A stretch of DNA of 48,870 nt from Octopus bimaculoides (GCF_001194135.2 NC_068983.1:125940104-125988973); one strand, 5' to 3'; counted from the stretch's first letter, positions 13,212 through 24,481 are shown. Made by a program: numbers and translations. Notes: generated from the sequence alone by a model not told the origin.

Positions 13212-13340
13212 ATTTCATTTATTTCTTCTTCTAATTTTCGTTTTCCTTTTGTTCCCTTTTCCTTTTCTCTTTTCTCATTTCATTTATTTCTTCTTCTAAT
13301 TTTGGTTTTCCTTTTGTTCCTTTTCCTTTTCTCTTTTCTT
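13212..13340 (+). repeat. 65-bp pyrimidine-rich tandem duplication upstream of an ORF1
   Basis: Units start at 13212 and 13277 (ATTTCATTTATTTCTTCTTCTAATTTT(C/G)GTTTTCCTTTTGTTCC...) and are nearly identical. GAACTTTT(T) x3 follows before the ATG at 13428. Confidence 0.8.
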
Positions 13341-13427
13341 CTTTCTATATTTTTCTTTTTTCTTTTATACGAACTGTGTTTATTTTTCCTTTGAACTTTT
13401 TGAACTTTTGAACTTAAAAAAAAAACT

Positions 13428-13917
13428 ATGGAGTGGGAATTGTGCCCACCCAGGCAGTGGTTGTATGAGATGGAGAAGAGGACATTGGTCATGCGGACCT
13501 ATTATAGGTCACTCAATACCATTGCCCTCTTCAACAAAGAAGTTGTTGAAGGAGAGCTGGCAATTTGTTTGCCAGCGAAGGAAGTTTTTGTTTCCAGAGG
13601 GGTCAAGTTCGCAACGGTGTTGTTGTTGGTGTTCGAGTCCCCTGAGAAAGCTGCTAATGCGGCCAGTCGGACTCTACAGGAGGAGGAAATTTTGTTCCTC
13701 CCCTCTTACTGCGGAAGGAAAACAATTAGAGCCTGGGTTCATGGACTACCCCCAGGTACCAAGGCCGAGTGGATCGCTGATACCATCCGGCAGGGCTTGG
13801 CGGACAGTGGACCCAGGCTCCTTAATGTGCACATGTCACCTGCGGGGAACTAGGATGGCTCCAATGCGACATTTACCTTGTGGACTCCAGTGGCCGTAGA
13901 GGACATGTGCTTCCCTG
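13428..13917 (+). pseudogene. Probable ORF1 of an L1/Tx1-like LINE, with one in-frame TAG and truncated by a gap
   Basis: A GC-rich 141-codon ORF (LLLVFESPEKA..FLPSYCGRKTIRAWVHGLPP) resembles the RRM-like part of L1/Tx1 ORF1. After TAG at 13851-13853 the frame continues (DGSNATFTLWTPVAVEDMCFP) into the N gap. The family assignment is by pattern only. Confidence 0.55.
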
Positions 13918-15980
13918 NNNNNNNNNNNNNNNNNNNNNNNNNNNNNNNNNNNNNNNNNNNNNNNNNNNNNNNNNNNNNNNNNNNNNNNNNNNNNNNNNNN
14001 NNNNNNNNNNNNNNNNNNNNNNNNNNNNNNNNNNNNNNNNNNNNNNNNNNNNNNNNNNNNNNNNNNNNNNNNNNNNNNNNNNNNNNNNNNNNNNNNNNNN
14101 NNNNNNNNNNNNNNNNNNNNNNNNNNNNNNNNNNNNNNNNNNNNNNNNNNNNNNNNNNNNNNNNNNNNNNNNNNNNNNNNNNNNNNNNNNNNNNNNNNNN
14201 NNNNNNNNNNNNNNNNNNNNNNNNNNNNNNNNNNNNNNNNNNNNNNNNNNNNNNNNNNNNNNNNNNNNNNNNNNNNNNNNNNNNNNNNNNNNNNNNNNNN
14301 NNNNNNNNNNNNNNNNNNNNNNNNNNNNNNNNNNNNNNNNNNNNNNNNNNNNNNNNNNNNNNNNNNNNNNNNNNNNNNNNNNNNNNNNNNNNNNNNNNNN
14401 NNNNNNNNNNNNNNNNNNNNNNNNNNNNNNNNNNNNNNNNNNNNNNNNNNNNNNNNNNNNNNNNNNNNNNNNNNNNNNNNNNNNNNNNNNNNNNNNNNNN
14501 NNNNNNNNNNNNNNTATATATATATATATATATATATTATTTAAAAGTAGCAGAAATATAACAAAAACTATTAGTCAGAGTTTCACGTTCCCGTTCACCA
14601 GACAGTTTTGTTAAAAATGGGAGAGAAATGACGATGCAATCAAAACTAATATAAATTTTAAAAAATATGGATCTGCTTCATTTGCCGTTTCAAATAACGG
14701 TCTAAGATATGCAATGAACAAAATAAATAAAACAAATGAATTCAATGTAGATTCATCCTGTTTTTAAAAATTCAAAGAAAACATCAAATTGAAAAGTGCA
14801 TTCAAAATACATATTGTAAATAATTATATTCGAATTATCGCTCAATTAACACATTAAAATGAATATAAAATTTACGCTGCATTAAATAAATATACGCATA
14901 CTCGACTATCTACAACATACATAGATACATCGAAGTACACAGTTGCATACCTACAGACAATGTACGTATATAGACGTAAATGCATATTGTAAGACATAAA
15001 CACATGCACAAATACACATGTATACATCATATACATATATGCACGCTATCATGCCTGCATACGATAATTATTCATCGTTGAAACAGGCAAGTGTATCTTA
15101 ACCTTATGGAAGTAAGGGGTGGAGACGAGTAACGTATAGATAAAGGACGTTAGTAATGCAGAAAGGGAGAAAGCATGGTTTCCGTGAGGAACGAAAGAAA
15201 GAAAGAGGGAAAAGGAAAGAGAGAGAGAGAGAAAAAAAAAAGAAAGAGAAAAAAGGTAGTCGAGTGTATACAACAAAGGCACAAAAAATGGATTACGTAT
15301 GTATGTGTATACAAAAATGTATATTAGCATCACGTATACAGATACATAGGCATATGTACACGAATAAACACAAATATAATTGTATACATGCGTACGCACA
15401 CATTCAAGCATGTATGTGTATAAACTTGAGCGCACATTCTCATATGTAACATAGAGGCAGACACACGAATATATGTATGTATTTGTAAATATAAGCATAC
15501 ACTCTTACCCACGCATACAGAAAGACGCACATACACGAAAAAATGTATGCATGTTCACAAGTATAAAGAGGCTTTATACATAATCATAAAGGCACACATA
15601 CGAATACATAAGCATTGCTATAATACAGATATCCACACATAAAAAAGAAACTTTTAGGTCTAAAATGTATATATGCAGACTACTTTTTAAAGAAATTGCT
15701 GAGTGTATAATAGCAAAAAATAGGCCAAATACATTCATAATAGAATCCTATATATCGAACGATCCACAAAAATAGTTAAATTTGTTTACGAAATATTTTA
15801 AATATATAAAATAAAATAAAGACAAGAAAACTATGCATATAACAGTTGAAGGCTTTCTTTAAACACGTAGGGATCTATACAGTATTCTTGCAATGCGAAG
15901 TAAACCATGTATAATGCGATACAAATTCAATAGTGAGATTGCAAACTGGTTTCAAGGAGTCAAAAATTATCAAAAATATT

Positions 15981-17360
15981 CTACACATATGTCATGTTAG
16001 TAGCCGACATTTTAAATTTAGACGCATATCTACATGAATTTAAAAGTTCGCGTCTTTGGTTTAAAGCTTTCTTGTCTTGGAATTAAATATTGAATTTCTC
16101 TAATAGACAAAAGTCACATTTAATTGTTCTTTTGTGGGCACCGTGCCTGTAAGGCGATGCTCTACCTAAAATCATCCATGTCACGTTGAAAGTTCGGGTT
16201 TCGCTTTCTCTTAATTGCCAGACGTATTTTGCCTATTTTCGGGGTATCTGAATGAAGTTTTATGGGAATAAAGCCTGGTTTTCAATGAATTTTACGCAGA
16301 CCCTGTGTTAGTTCTATAATCGTGTGAGCCTTCTATCTGGACTTTGGCTCTATACACGATACCTTTTTCCAGACATTTCCCTTTGCAATTTCAGCTTTTT
16401 GGGAAAGAATCGGCATTATGATTTTTAGCAATTGTCTTGTTGTTGTGCTGGATAATCTAAGAGGCGATGATTTTGCAGCAAGAATAGCTGATCTTAAGCG
16501 TTCTTCTATTGAATATTCCATAAAACTTATTGTCAGGTTGAAAGTGTCTACAGACTAACTTTAAACATTCCATACCCATATTAGTTCTTAAGGCCATGTT
16601 GAAAGCTGGATTGAACCACAAAACTGTCCTAGTTCTACGTGTTATGTTGTTGTTAGCATCAAATTTAGGTATACTGGATCTTCTCAGGGGACCCACTATT
16701 CCTTAATGCACTACTATAATAAGGTGCTGCGTTTTGGAATGCTGCCTCATCCGATGAAATTGACGATATTCGCCTAACTACGTTACTAAGTTTCTAAGAA
16801 TAACTGGCGGATGATTGGATTCTTTGCTAAAATAAGATAGTTTATCATTAGGATTACGATAAGCTTTGAATTTATCTGAATTCAAGTCGAAAGAAATCTA
16901 CTTTTCTGAAGTTAGTATCTATTGCAATCCGCAATCCTATCCTTTGGAAGAAAGCAATTAGATCCTTCATAAGTTTATCTAATTCATGGTCGTTTGAATT
17001 ATGGGTGACTATAAGGCCGTCATCCTTATACAATCCTGCGTTTATAAACGGGAAATCTAGCTTCAGATTGTACAAAATATAAGCTCCTATAAGCGTACAT
17101 AACTCATCCCTGTCGTATTCTCCCATCAGTACATCGAAAAGAAAATCCTCCCTCTTTTTAAGCCACGTAGATTCCTCATAAAAAAGAAGTGATTTTCTTG
17201 CATGTATGATAATATCTATTTCTGAACTATCAATGTTAACATACTGTTTGGCGAATTCTAATGCTTTTAGGAGCAAATGTCTGGATGGGTAAAAATCAAC
17301 AATATCAAACTGGGTAAATTTGCAGTTATGCTTATGGCTAATCTCTTTAAACCAATTCAT
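15981..17360 (-). pseudogene. PLE reverse transcriptase, CxC linker and C-terminal GIY-YIG endonuclease (possibly Hydra clade); 5'-truncated and degenerate
   Basis: RT: QFDIVDFYPS, FDVLMGEYDRDELCTLIG and GLYKDDGL. Linker: WFNPAFN..IFNRRTLKISYSC and S*NCKGKCLEKGIVYRAK. Endonuclease C-terminus: WMILGRASPY..CDFCLLEK..LNQRRELLNSCR. Several stops and frameshifts. The clade name is tentative. Confidence 0.9.
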
Positions 17361-18453
17361 CCTATTTTTAAAAAATCAAAGAGAATATTAAATTGAAAAG
17401 CGGATTCAAAATCCATATTGTAAATAATTATATTCGAATTAAAATTAAAATGAAATTTACGCTGAATAAATAAAAAATAAAAATTTACAACAGTATGTAC
17501 GCGTACTAGACTATCTACAACATACATATATACATCAAAGTACACAGATACATATGTACAGACAATATACGTATATAGGCATATATTTTTAAGACATAAA
17601 TGCATGCACAAATACACATGTATACATCATATACATGTATGCACACAATCATGCCCGCATACGAAAATTATTCAGCGTTGGAACAGGCAGGTTTATCTTA
17701 ACCTTATGGAGGGGGAAGTAAGGGGTGGAGGAGAGTAACATGTAGGTAAAGGGCCTTACTAATGCAGAAAGGGAGAAAGCGTGGCTTTCCTGAAGAAAGA
17801 AAGGAAGAAAGAAAATGAAATAAAAAGGAAAAAAAGACAGACGGAAAGGAAGGAATTAACAAAGGAGGAAAGAAAGAAATAGAGAGAAAGAAGGAAAAAA
17901 GAAAGGTCATGGAGCGTATATAACAAACGCATACAAAATTGGATTACGTATATATGTGTATACGACATGTAGGGATAGCATCGCCTTACAGACACGGTGC
18001 CCATAAAAGACCAACTAAATGTGATTTGTATCTATTAGAAAAATTCCATATTTTATTCCAAGCAAGAAAGTTTTAAACCAAAGATGCGAACTTTTAAATT
18101 CATGTAGACATGCGTATAAATTTAAAATGTCTTCTAATAATATACTATATGGGTAGTATATTTTTGATAATGTTTGACTCCTTGAAACCAGTTTGCAATC
18201 TAACTATTGAATTTTTACCTCATTATACATGATTTACTTCGCATTACAAGAATATTGTATAGATCCCTACCTTTTTTTAAGACAGTTTTTTTTTTGTTTT
18301 TATTTTATTTTATTTATGTAAAAATAATTTGTAAACAAATTTAAACGTTTCTATGGATGGTTCGATATATTGGATTCTATTATCAGTGTATTTTGCCCAG
18401 TTTTTGCTATTGTACACTCAGCAATTTCTTTAAAAAGTTGAGTGTATATATAC

Positions 18454-18776
18454 GTGACAGTGTCACGTGACAGCTAGCTGGGGCTGCCTGCTGGAGCCCA
18501 GCAGCTGATATAAAAAGGGGAATTTGACATGACGATCAGTCGGACGCTGACACTCGTTGATGCTGCATCGAAGAGGCCAGGGAATAGAAGAAAGAAGACA
18601 TGCACCCAACACCAGAGCTGAAGACACCTCCGAAAGGAGGGGCCCCGCCACGTCAAAACGGTAGAGGAGTAGGGGCCGAAACCGGACGTGGTTCCTTCTG
18701 ATGATGTCTTGAGCTAACTGGATCCTATAAAGGAGCTGTTGTGGTAGCAGACCACGAAACATGGTTGAAATTCCTC
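18454..18776 (+). mobile_element. GC-rich 323-bp insertion, LTR- or pseudo-LTR-like
   Basis: Absent from the homologous position of the sister copy (about 15650-15680). Contains TGTCACGTG at 18461 and CACGAAACA ending at 18761, followed by TGG, and a TATA-like GATATAAAAG near 18506. No TSD found. Confidence 0.5.
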
Positions 18777-19653
18777 AGACCTAAACGTTTTTTATGTGGA
18801 TGTCTGTATTGTAGCAATGCATATGTGTGCGTCTATGTATAGAGTCTATGTTTATACTTATGCACATGCATACAATTTTTTTCGTTTGTGTGCGTTTTGT
18901 ATATGCGAGGGTAAGAGTGTATGCCTATATTTACAAATACATATATTCGTGTGTGTGCACCTATGTTACATATGAGAATGTGCGCTCATGTTTATACACG
19001 TATATGCTTGAATGTGTGCGTACGCATGTATACAAATATATTTGTGTGTATTCGCGTACATATTCTGTATCCGTGATGCTAATATACATTTTTGTATACA
19101 CATATATACGTAGTCCAATTTTTTGTGCGTTTGTTATATACGCACCACTGCCTTCTTTCTCTCTTTCCTTCTTTCTTTCTTTCTCTATCTATTTCTTTCG
19201 TTCCTTCTTTATTTCTTCCTTTCTTTCCTCACGAAAACCATGCTTTCTCCCTTTCTGCATTAGTAATGTCCTTTATCCATACATTACCCTTCTCCAACCC
19301 TTACTTCCCCGCTCCATAAGGTTAAGATACACTTGCCTCTTCCAGCGCTGAATAATTATCGTATGCAGGCATGATAGCGTGCATATATGCTTATGATGTA
19401 TAGATGTGCATTTGTGCATGTATTTATATTTTAAAAATATATGCTTCTATACATATATTTCAGTAGGTATGCATCAGTGTACTTTGATGTATATATGTAT
19501 ATTGTAGATAGTCTAGTATGCGTATCTGGTGTTGTAAATTTTTATTTTTTATTTAATGCAGCGTAAATTTAATTTTAATTTTAATGTGTTAATTGAGCGA
19601 TCATTCGAATATAATTATTTACAACATGGATTTTGTATGTATATATATACATA

Positions 19654-20044
19654 GGCGCAGGAGTGGCTGGGTAAGTAGCTTGCTTACCAACCACATGGTT
19701 CCGGGTTCAGTCTCACTGCGTGGCACCTTGGGCAAGTGTCTTCTACTATAGTTTCGGGCCGACCAAAGCCTTGTGAGTGGATTTGGTAGACGGAAACTGA
19801 AAGAAGCCCGTCGTATATATGTATATGTATATATGTGTGTTTGTGTGTTTGTGTTTGTCCCCCCAACATCGCTTGACAACCGATGCTGGTGTGTTTACTG
19901 CCCTGTAACTTAGCGGTTCGGCAAAAGGCGACGGATAGAATAAGTACTAGGCTTACAAAGAATAAGTCCTGGGGTCGATTTGCTCGACTAAAGGCGGTGC
20001 TTCAGCATGGCCGCAGTCAAATGACTGAAACAAGTAAAAGAAAT
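19654..20044 (+). mobile_element. tRNA-derived CORE-type SINE, near full length
   Basis: tRNA-like head with B-box GGGTTCAGTCTC, MIR-like core GGCACCTTGGGCAAGTGTCTT, an internal (TA)/(TG) tract, and tail ...CAGCATGGCCGCAGTCAAATGACTGAAACAAGTAAAAG running into a gap. It resembles abundant octopus SINEs as I recall them. Confidence 0.85.
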
Positions 20045-20271
20045 NNNNNNNNNNNNNNNNNNNNNNNNNNNNNNNNNNNNNNNNNNNNNNNNNNNNNNNN
20101 NNNNNNNNNNNNNNNNNNNNNNNNNNNNNNNNNNNNNNNNNNNNNNNNNNNNNNNNNNNNNNNNNNNNNNNNNNNNNNNNNNNNNNNNNNNNNNNNNNNN
20201 NNNNNNNNNNNNNNNNNNNNNNNNNNNNNNNNNNNNNNNNNNNNNNNNNNNNNNNNNNNNNNNNNNNNNNN

Positions 20272-20314
<43 letters not shown>

Positions 20315-20434
20315 GTGTGTGTGTAGATATATATGTACCTTTAAATTGTTTGAATCGTTAAAGTTTAACCATAGTGGAGTCAAGCTTTCAAGAAATTTAA
20401 TGGAACAAAATGAACCGAGGGCCTTCTCCTATGA

Positions 20435-20525
20435 AATATACGTCGACTGCGGCGGAATTTGATCTCAGAACGTAAATCGTTATAAATGCCGTTAAGCACT
20501 TTTGCAGCGTGATAACGAATCTGTC
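20435..20525 (-). mobile_element. Partial SINE of the 12186 family
   Basis: GTCGACTGCGGCGGAATTTGATCTCAGAACGTAA is the reverse complement of the B-box/core region. Confidence 0.65.
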
Positions 20526-21151
20526 AAAGACATAGAGCAGTTTTATTTATATATATACATACATATATATATATTGAAAAATGGTTTGGCATCATCTCTG
20601 AAAATAGCCAAACAACTACTACTGCTGTCCACAGGAATGTATATAAAAGACAAAAGACAGCCAGTCAACTACAGTTGAAACATTTCTATCACATNNNNNN
20701 NNNNNNNNNNNNNNNNNNNNNNNNNNNNNNNNNNNNNNNNNNNNNNNNNNNNNNNNNNNNNNNNNNNNNNNNNNNNNNNNNNNNNNNNNNNNNNNNNNNN
20801 NNNNNNNNNNNNNNNNNNNNNNNNNNNNNNNNNNNNNNNNNNNNNNNNNNNNNNNNNNNNNNNNNNNNNNNNNTATATATATATATATATATATATATTC
20901 AAAAGAATTACGACTCTGTTTGTTATGTCTTATTTATATCCTTATAAAATTAATGTGGGATATAGAATATATAATATATATAGTAAGATGTAATGAAGTT
21001 TTGAATGTTTTATTGAATAAATGAAATATGAAATGTTAAATATTGATGAACTAGTATACTTTCCTGCTTTCAAGCAGTCTTCAAGTTCCCATGTGATAGA
21101 AATGTTTCAACTGTAGTTGACTGGCTGTCTTTTGTCTTTTATATACATTCC

Positions 21152-21269
21152 TGTGGACAGCAGTAGTAGTTGTTTGGCTATTTTCAGAGATGATGCCAAA
21201 CCATTTTTCAATGTTTATGATTTGGTAACATCTCTAAAAATAGCCAAACAACTACTACTGCTGTCCACA
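21152..21269. repeat. Near-perfect foldback hairpin
   Basis: Arms 21152-21192 and 21229-21269 are reverse complements with 1 mismatch in 41 bp. Pairing extends inward (TGCCAAA/TTTGGTA), leaving a loop of about 20 nt. Confidence 0.95.
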
Positions 21270-21363
21270 TTAAGGGACTGTATTATCAGTGAATTTATAA
21301 AGAGGGATCTACTGTATTATCATCGTCGTCGTAATAATAATAATCATGTCTTGGTAATGTATT

Positions 21364-22010
21364 GAAAAGACCGCTTTGACATGAGGATAGCAGTACAATG
21401 CCACATAAAGTTAGTTATTAATTTCTTCTACGTCGTTTCTTTTTTTTTTTCTTGGTGTATATTTTTAAAATAGTTACTGTAAAGAATAGACCGCTTTGCC
21501 ACGAGGCTAGTAGTACAAAGCTAAAGTAAGTTAAACTTTTCTTCGTTCCCTTTTCATTTTTTCTTGTTTATATTCTAATATTCATATGTAGCTACTGTAA
21601 TGAAAAGATCGATTTGCCATGTGGCCGATGCTTCGCCATGAGGCTAGCAGTACAACGCAAAAGAAAGTTAGCTAAATATTTCTTCTTTTCTTTTTTCGTT
21701 TGTTTATATTCTTCAAATATTCCTATCTAGCTACTGTAATGAAAAGATCGCTTTGCCATAAGGCTAACAGTACAACGCCAAAAAATGTTAGTTAAACAGT
21801 TCTTCATCCTCTTTGATTTTTTATCTCTAGTTTAACTTCTCCAAATATTACTCTGTAGCTACTGTAGTGAAAAGATTGCTTTGCCATGAGGCTGCCAGTA
21901 CAATGCCAAAGAAAGTTAGTTAAACATTTCTTTTTCGTCTGTGCTTTATTTTTTCTTGTTTATCCTCTCCAAGCTACTGTAACGAAGATATTGCATTTCC
22001 ATGAGGCTGA
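21364..22010 (+). repeat. Tandem array of about 5.5 monomers of 115-139 bp, probably the 5' UTR of the downstream R4/Dong element
   Basis: Units begin GAAAAGA(C/T)CGCTTTGCCATGAGGCTAGCAGTACAA at 21364, 21484, 21602, 21741, 21869 and 21984. Confidence 0.85.
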
Positions 22011-23301
22011 TGCACCCACTCTCCCGATCCCACTATCTCTCCCCCGTTTTCAGATTGGGAGCGAGGCAATTATTATTTTCTTTCTTACTTTCTGGGCCCA
22101 GTCGTCATCAAGCAAAGAAGGGGGACGGAATAGATAACTGCGGCTATAATGGAGTGCTACCTTCTGGGTAATCCGAGAAATGATAATGAAATACCTGCTA
22201 TGGGATATAGGATGCGCAGAGGATGGAGCGACAGAGGCCTATTTGAATTAAGTGAACGAAATATGTATGACCAAGCTGAAACAATCAGAAAGAATGAATA
22301 CTTATCTCCAGCTGAACTAGAAAGCGTTCAGAGACGCGTGTTTAGGAATAGTAAGACTAGCGGTGAACGGAAGGACGAGGAAGAAAATGCCGATAGTGAA
22401 AGTACGACAGTTGAGTTAAAGGAAGAAAATGAGCTTGAGGCTGGGAATATCGATCAAGAAAGCAATGAAAGAACTATGGAATAGATATGCATTTTAAATG
22501 AAATCATTGACATTTCGAACTCTGGGGTACAGAGCTATCATACAGGGTTTAAAATAGTAGCCAGAAAGAAACTGAATGAATGGATCAGGAAGATAAATGA
22601 TATCACTAGTGATATCAGGAGTGACTCCATCACAGACACCAACAGTCTGATAAAAGCAATCTCGATCATTATAGCCCGGAAGTTAGGTTTGAAAGTCAAA
22701 GGTAATATCAACAAAACCTAAAGGAATCTTGGTGGAAAAGGAGAATAACGCAGTCTGTCAATGAGACAGGAAAAAATATTAATATCCTAGAACGGAAAAG
22801 AAAAAGAAATGAAGTTCAGCGAGGGAAAGATGTTGTGCTAGAGAGGAAGTATAGGGCGAAGAGAAATGGATTCACTGTTATGATTGTGGAATTAAAACAG
22901 AAATTGAAAGCTAAAGCACATAAACTAAAGAGATATGAACAGACATTTGAGCAGTATATTTTAAACAGACTCTTTGAACAAAATCAGAAACGAGTCTATC
23001 AGGAAAAGCATGGGAAAGAAAAACGTGAAAAGGTGTGCCGGATGATGAAGAAAGCAAAATAGTGTGGTCAAACATATGGTCTCAGGAGAAACAACACGAA
23101 ACTATAGCAGAGTGGTTCACGACACTCAAAGAGGAGAGTGGACAGTATCAGCAGAAGGACTTGAGAATAACCGAAGACATGATTAGAGATCGGTGCAGGA
23201 AAATTCTTAACTGGAGAGCACCTGGCCCAGATGGGTTTCAGGGCTTTTGGCTTAATAACTCGACGGTTCTGCACAGGAGAAATGCGAAACAGATGGCGGA
23301 A

Positions 23302-23602
23302 CATTATAGACATTATTTTCATTTGACGGATATTTGTCCTCATCTCGTTTGTTGTTAACACAACGTTTTGGCTGAGAGACCATTATCAGTTATCTTGGGG
23401 AAATTTCGAACCTGAGTTCTCATTCCTAAGGTATTTTTCGATGCTGTTCTTGTTGTTGTTATCAGTATTATTATTATTATTATTATTATTATTCTTTTTC
23501 AGGTCACTGCCTGGAATCGAGCTCGGAATCTTGGGGTTAGTAGCCTGCACTCTTAACCACTACGCCATATGCCCGAGGGCAATTATGGAGTTCTAAATAT
23601 AG
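23302..23602 (-). mobile_element. tRNA-headed SINE with an internal (AAT)n and a hammerhead-like tail, inserted into the R4/Dong ORF
   Basis: A-box TGGCGTAGTGG (23567-23557), B-box GAGCTCGATTCC (23524-23513) and (AAT)n at 23466-23493. Target-site duplication AACAGATGG(CG/AA)GAA at 23288-23301 and 23603-23616 (12/14 identical). Confidence 0.85.
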
Positions 23603-24423
23603 AACAGATGGAAGAAATACTGAGTAGTGACATCCAAGGACAGCTCTAGATGACAAAAGGAAGAACGGTACTATGCCAGAAGGATCCAAGTAAAGGGAAT
23701 GCGGTTGGAAATTTCCGACCAATATCTTATTTGACACCGATGTGGAAACTGAATACGGGCACCATATCAAACAGCATCTATAAGTACCTAGATGGGAACA
23801 ACCTACTGCCACTGGAACAAAAGGGGTGTAGACGTACGTGCAGAGGAACGAAAGATAAATTACTAATCGATAAGACTATCCTAGCTGACTACAAGAAGAG
23901 ACACAAAAATTTGGCGATGGCATGGGTGGACTACAGGAAAGCATATGACATGATCGCACACTGATAGATTATTGAATGCCTTAAACTGCTTAAGGTCTCC
24001 AACAATATCCTGACGTTAATGCATAACTGAAAGACAACGTAGCGACCTGAACTCACAGGATGCGGAGATAAGCTCGGATAGTTAAATATCAAAAGAGGAA
24101 TCTTTCAAGGGACAGTCTGTCTTCTCTCCTATTTTTTGTCTGCATACTGCCACTAACGAGCGTTTTAAGACAGATGCTAAGTAGGGTGAAAGTAAGACTG
24201 AGAAAGAAATTGAAAGTTCGACGGCAACTGTGCAGGTGATTAGCAAAGATATTGGCATGGAATTTGGGATCGAAAAATGTAGTGTAATGATTCTCGAAAG
24301 GAGGTAAATTAGTAAAAGCCACGGGATCAAGATAGAAAGTGGTGAAACTATAAACGATGTCGGAGAGGAAGGATATAGGTACCTGGGTATCATTGAAAGT
24401 GATGAGATGAATGAACACAAGAT

Positions 24424-24425
<2 letters not shown>

Positions 24426-24481
<56 letters not shown>

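Larger units (their letters stand above)
14752..19635 (-). mobile_element. Composite Penelope-like element with RT and GIY-YIG, plus tandem and inverted pseudo-LTR copies
   Basis: Coding remnant at 17360-15981 on the minus strand with a long 3' UTR to about 14752. A direct partial copy of that UTR lies at 17355-17982 (matches 14752-15331). An inverted copy lies at 17977-19635 (matches the reverse complement of 14803-16161, interrupted by an insert at 18454-18776). Confidence 0.88.

Noticed and set aside
20573-21212. Exact 122-bp inverted duplication (20573-20694 versus 21091-21212)
   Set aside because: The copies are 100% identical, one ends exactly at an N gap, and the sequence overlaps a strong hairpin. 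It is most likely a misoriented contig-end artefact; long reads would settle it.
21364-22010. CRISPR-like repeat-spacer appearance
   Set aside because: The host is a eukaryote, the 'spacers' are homologous to each other, and no cas genes are present. It is a diverged tandem repeat.
23500-23575. tRNA gene candidate
   Set aside because: The A and B boxes are present, but acceptor and anticodon stems are poor and the unit lies within a TSD-bounded insert. It is a SINE head.
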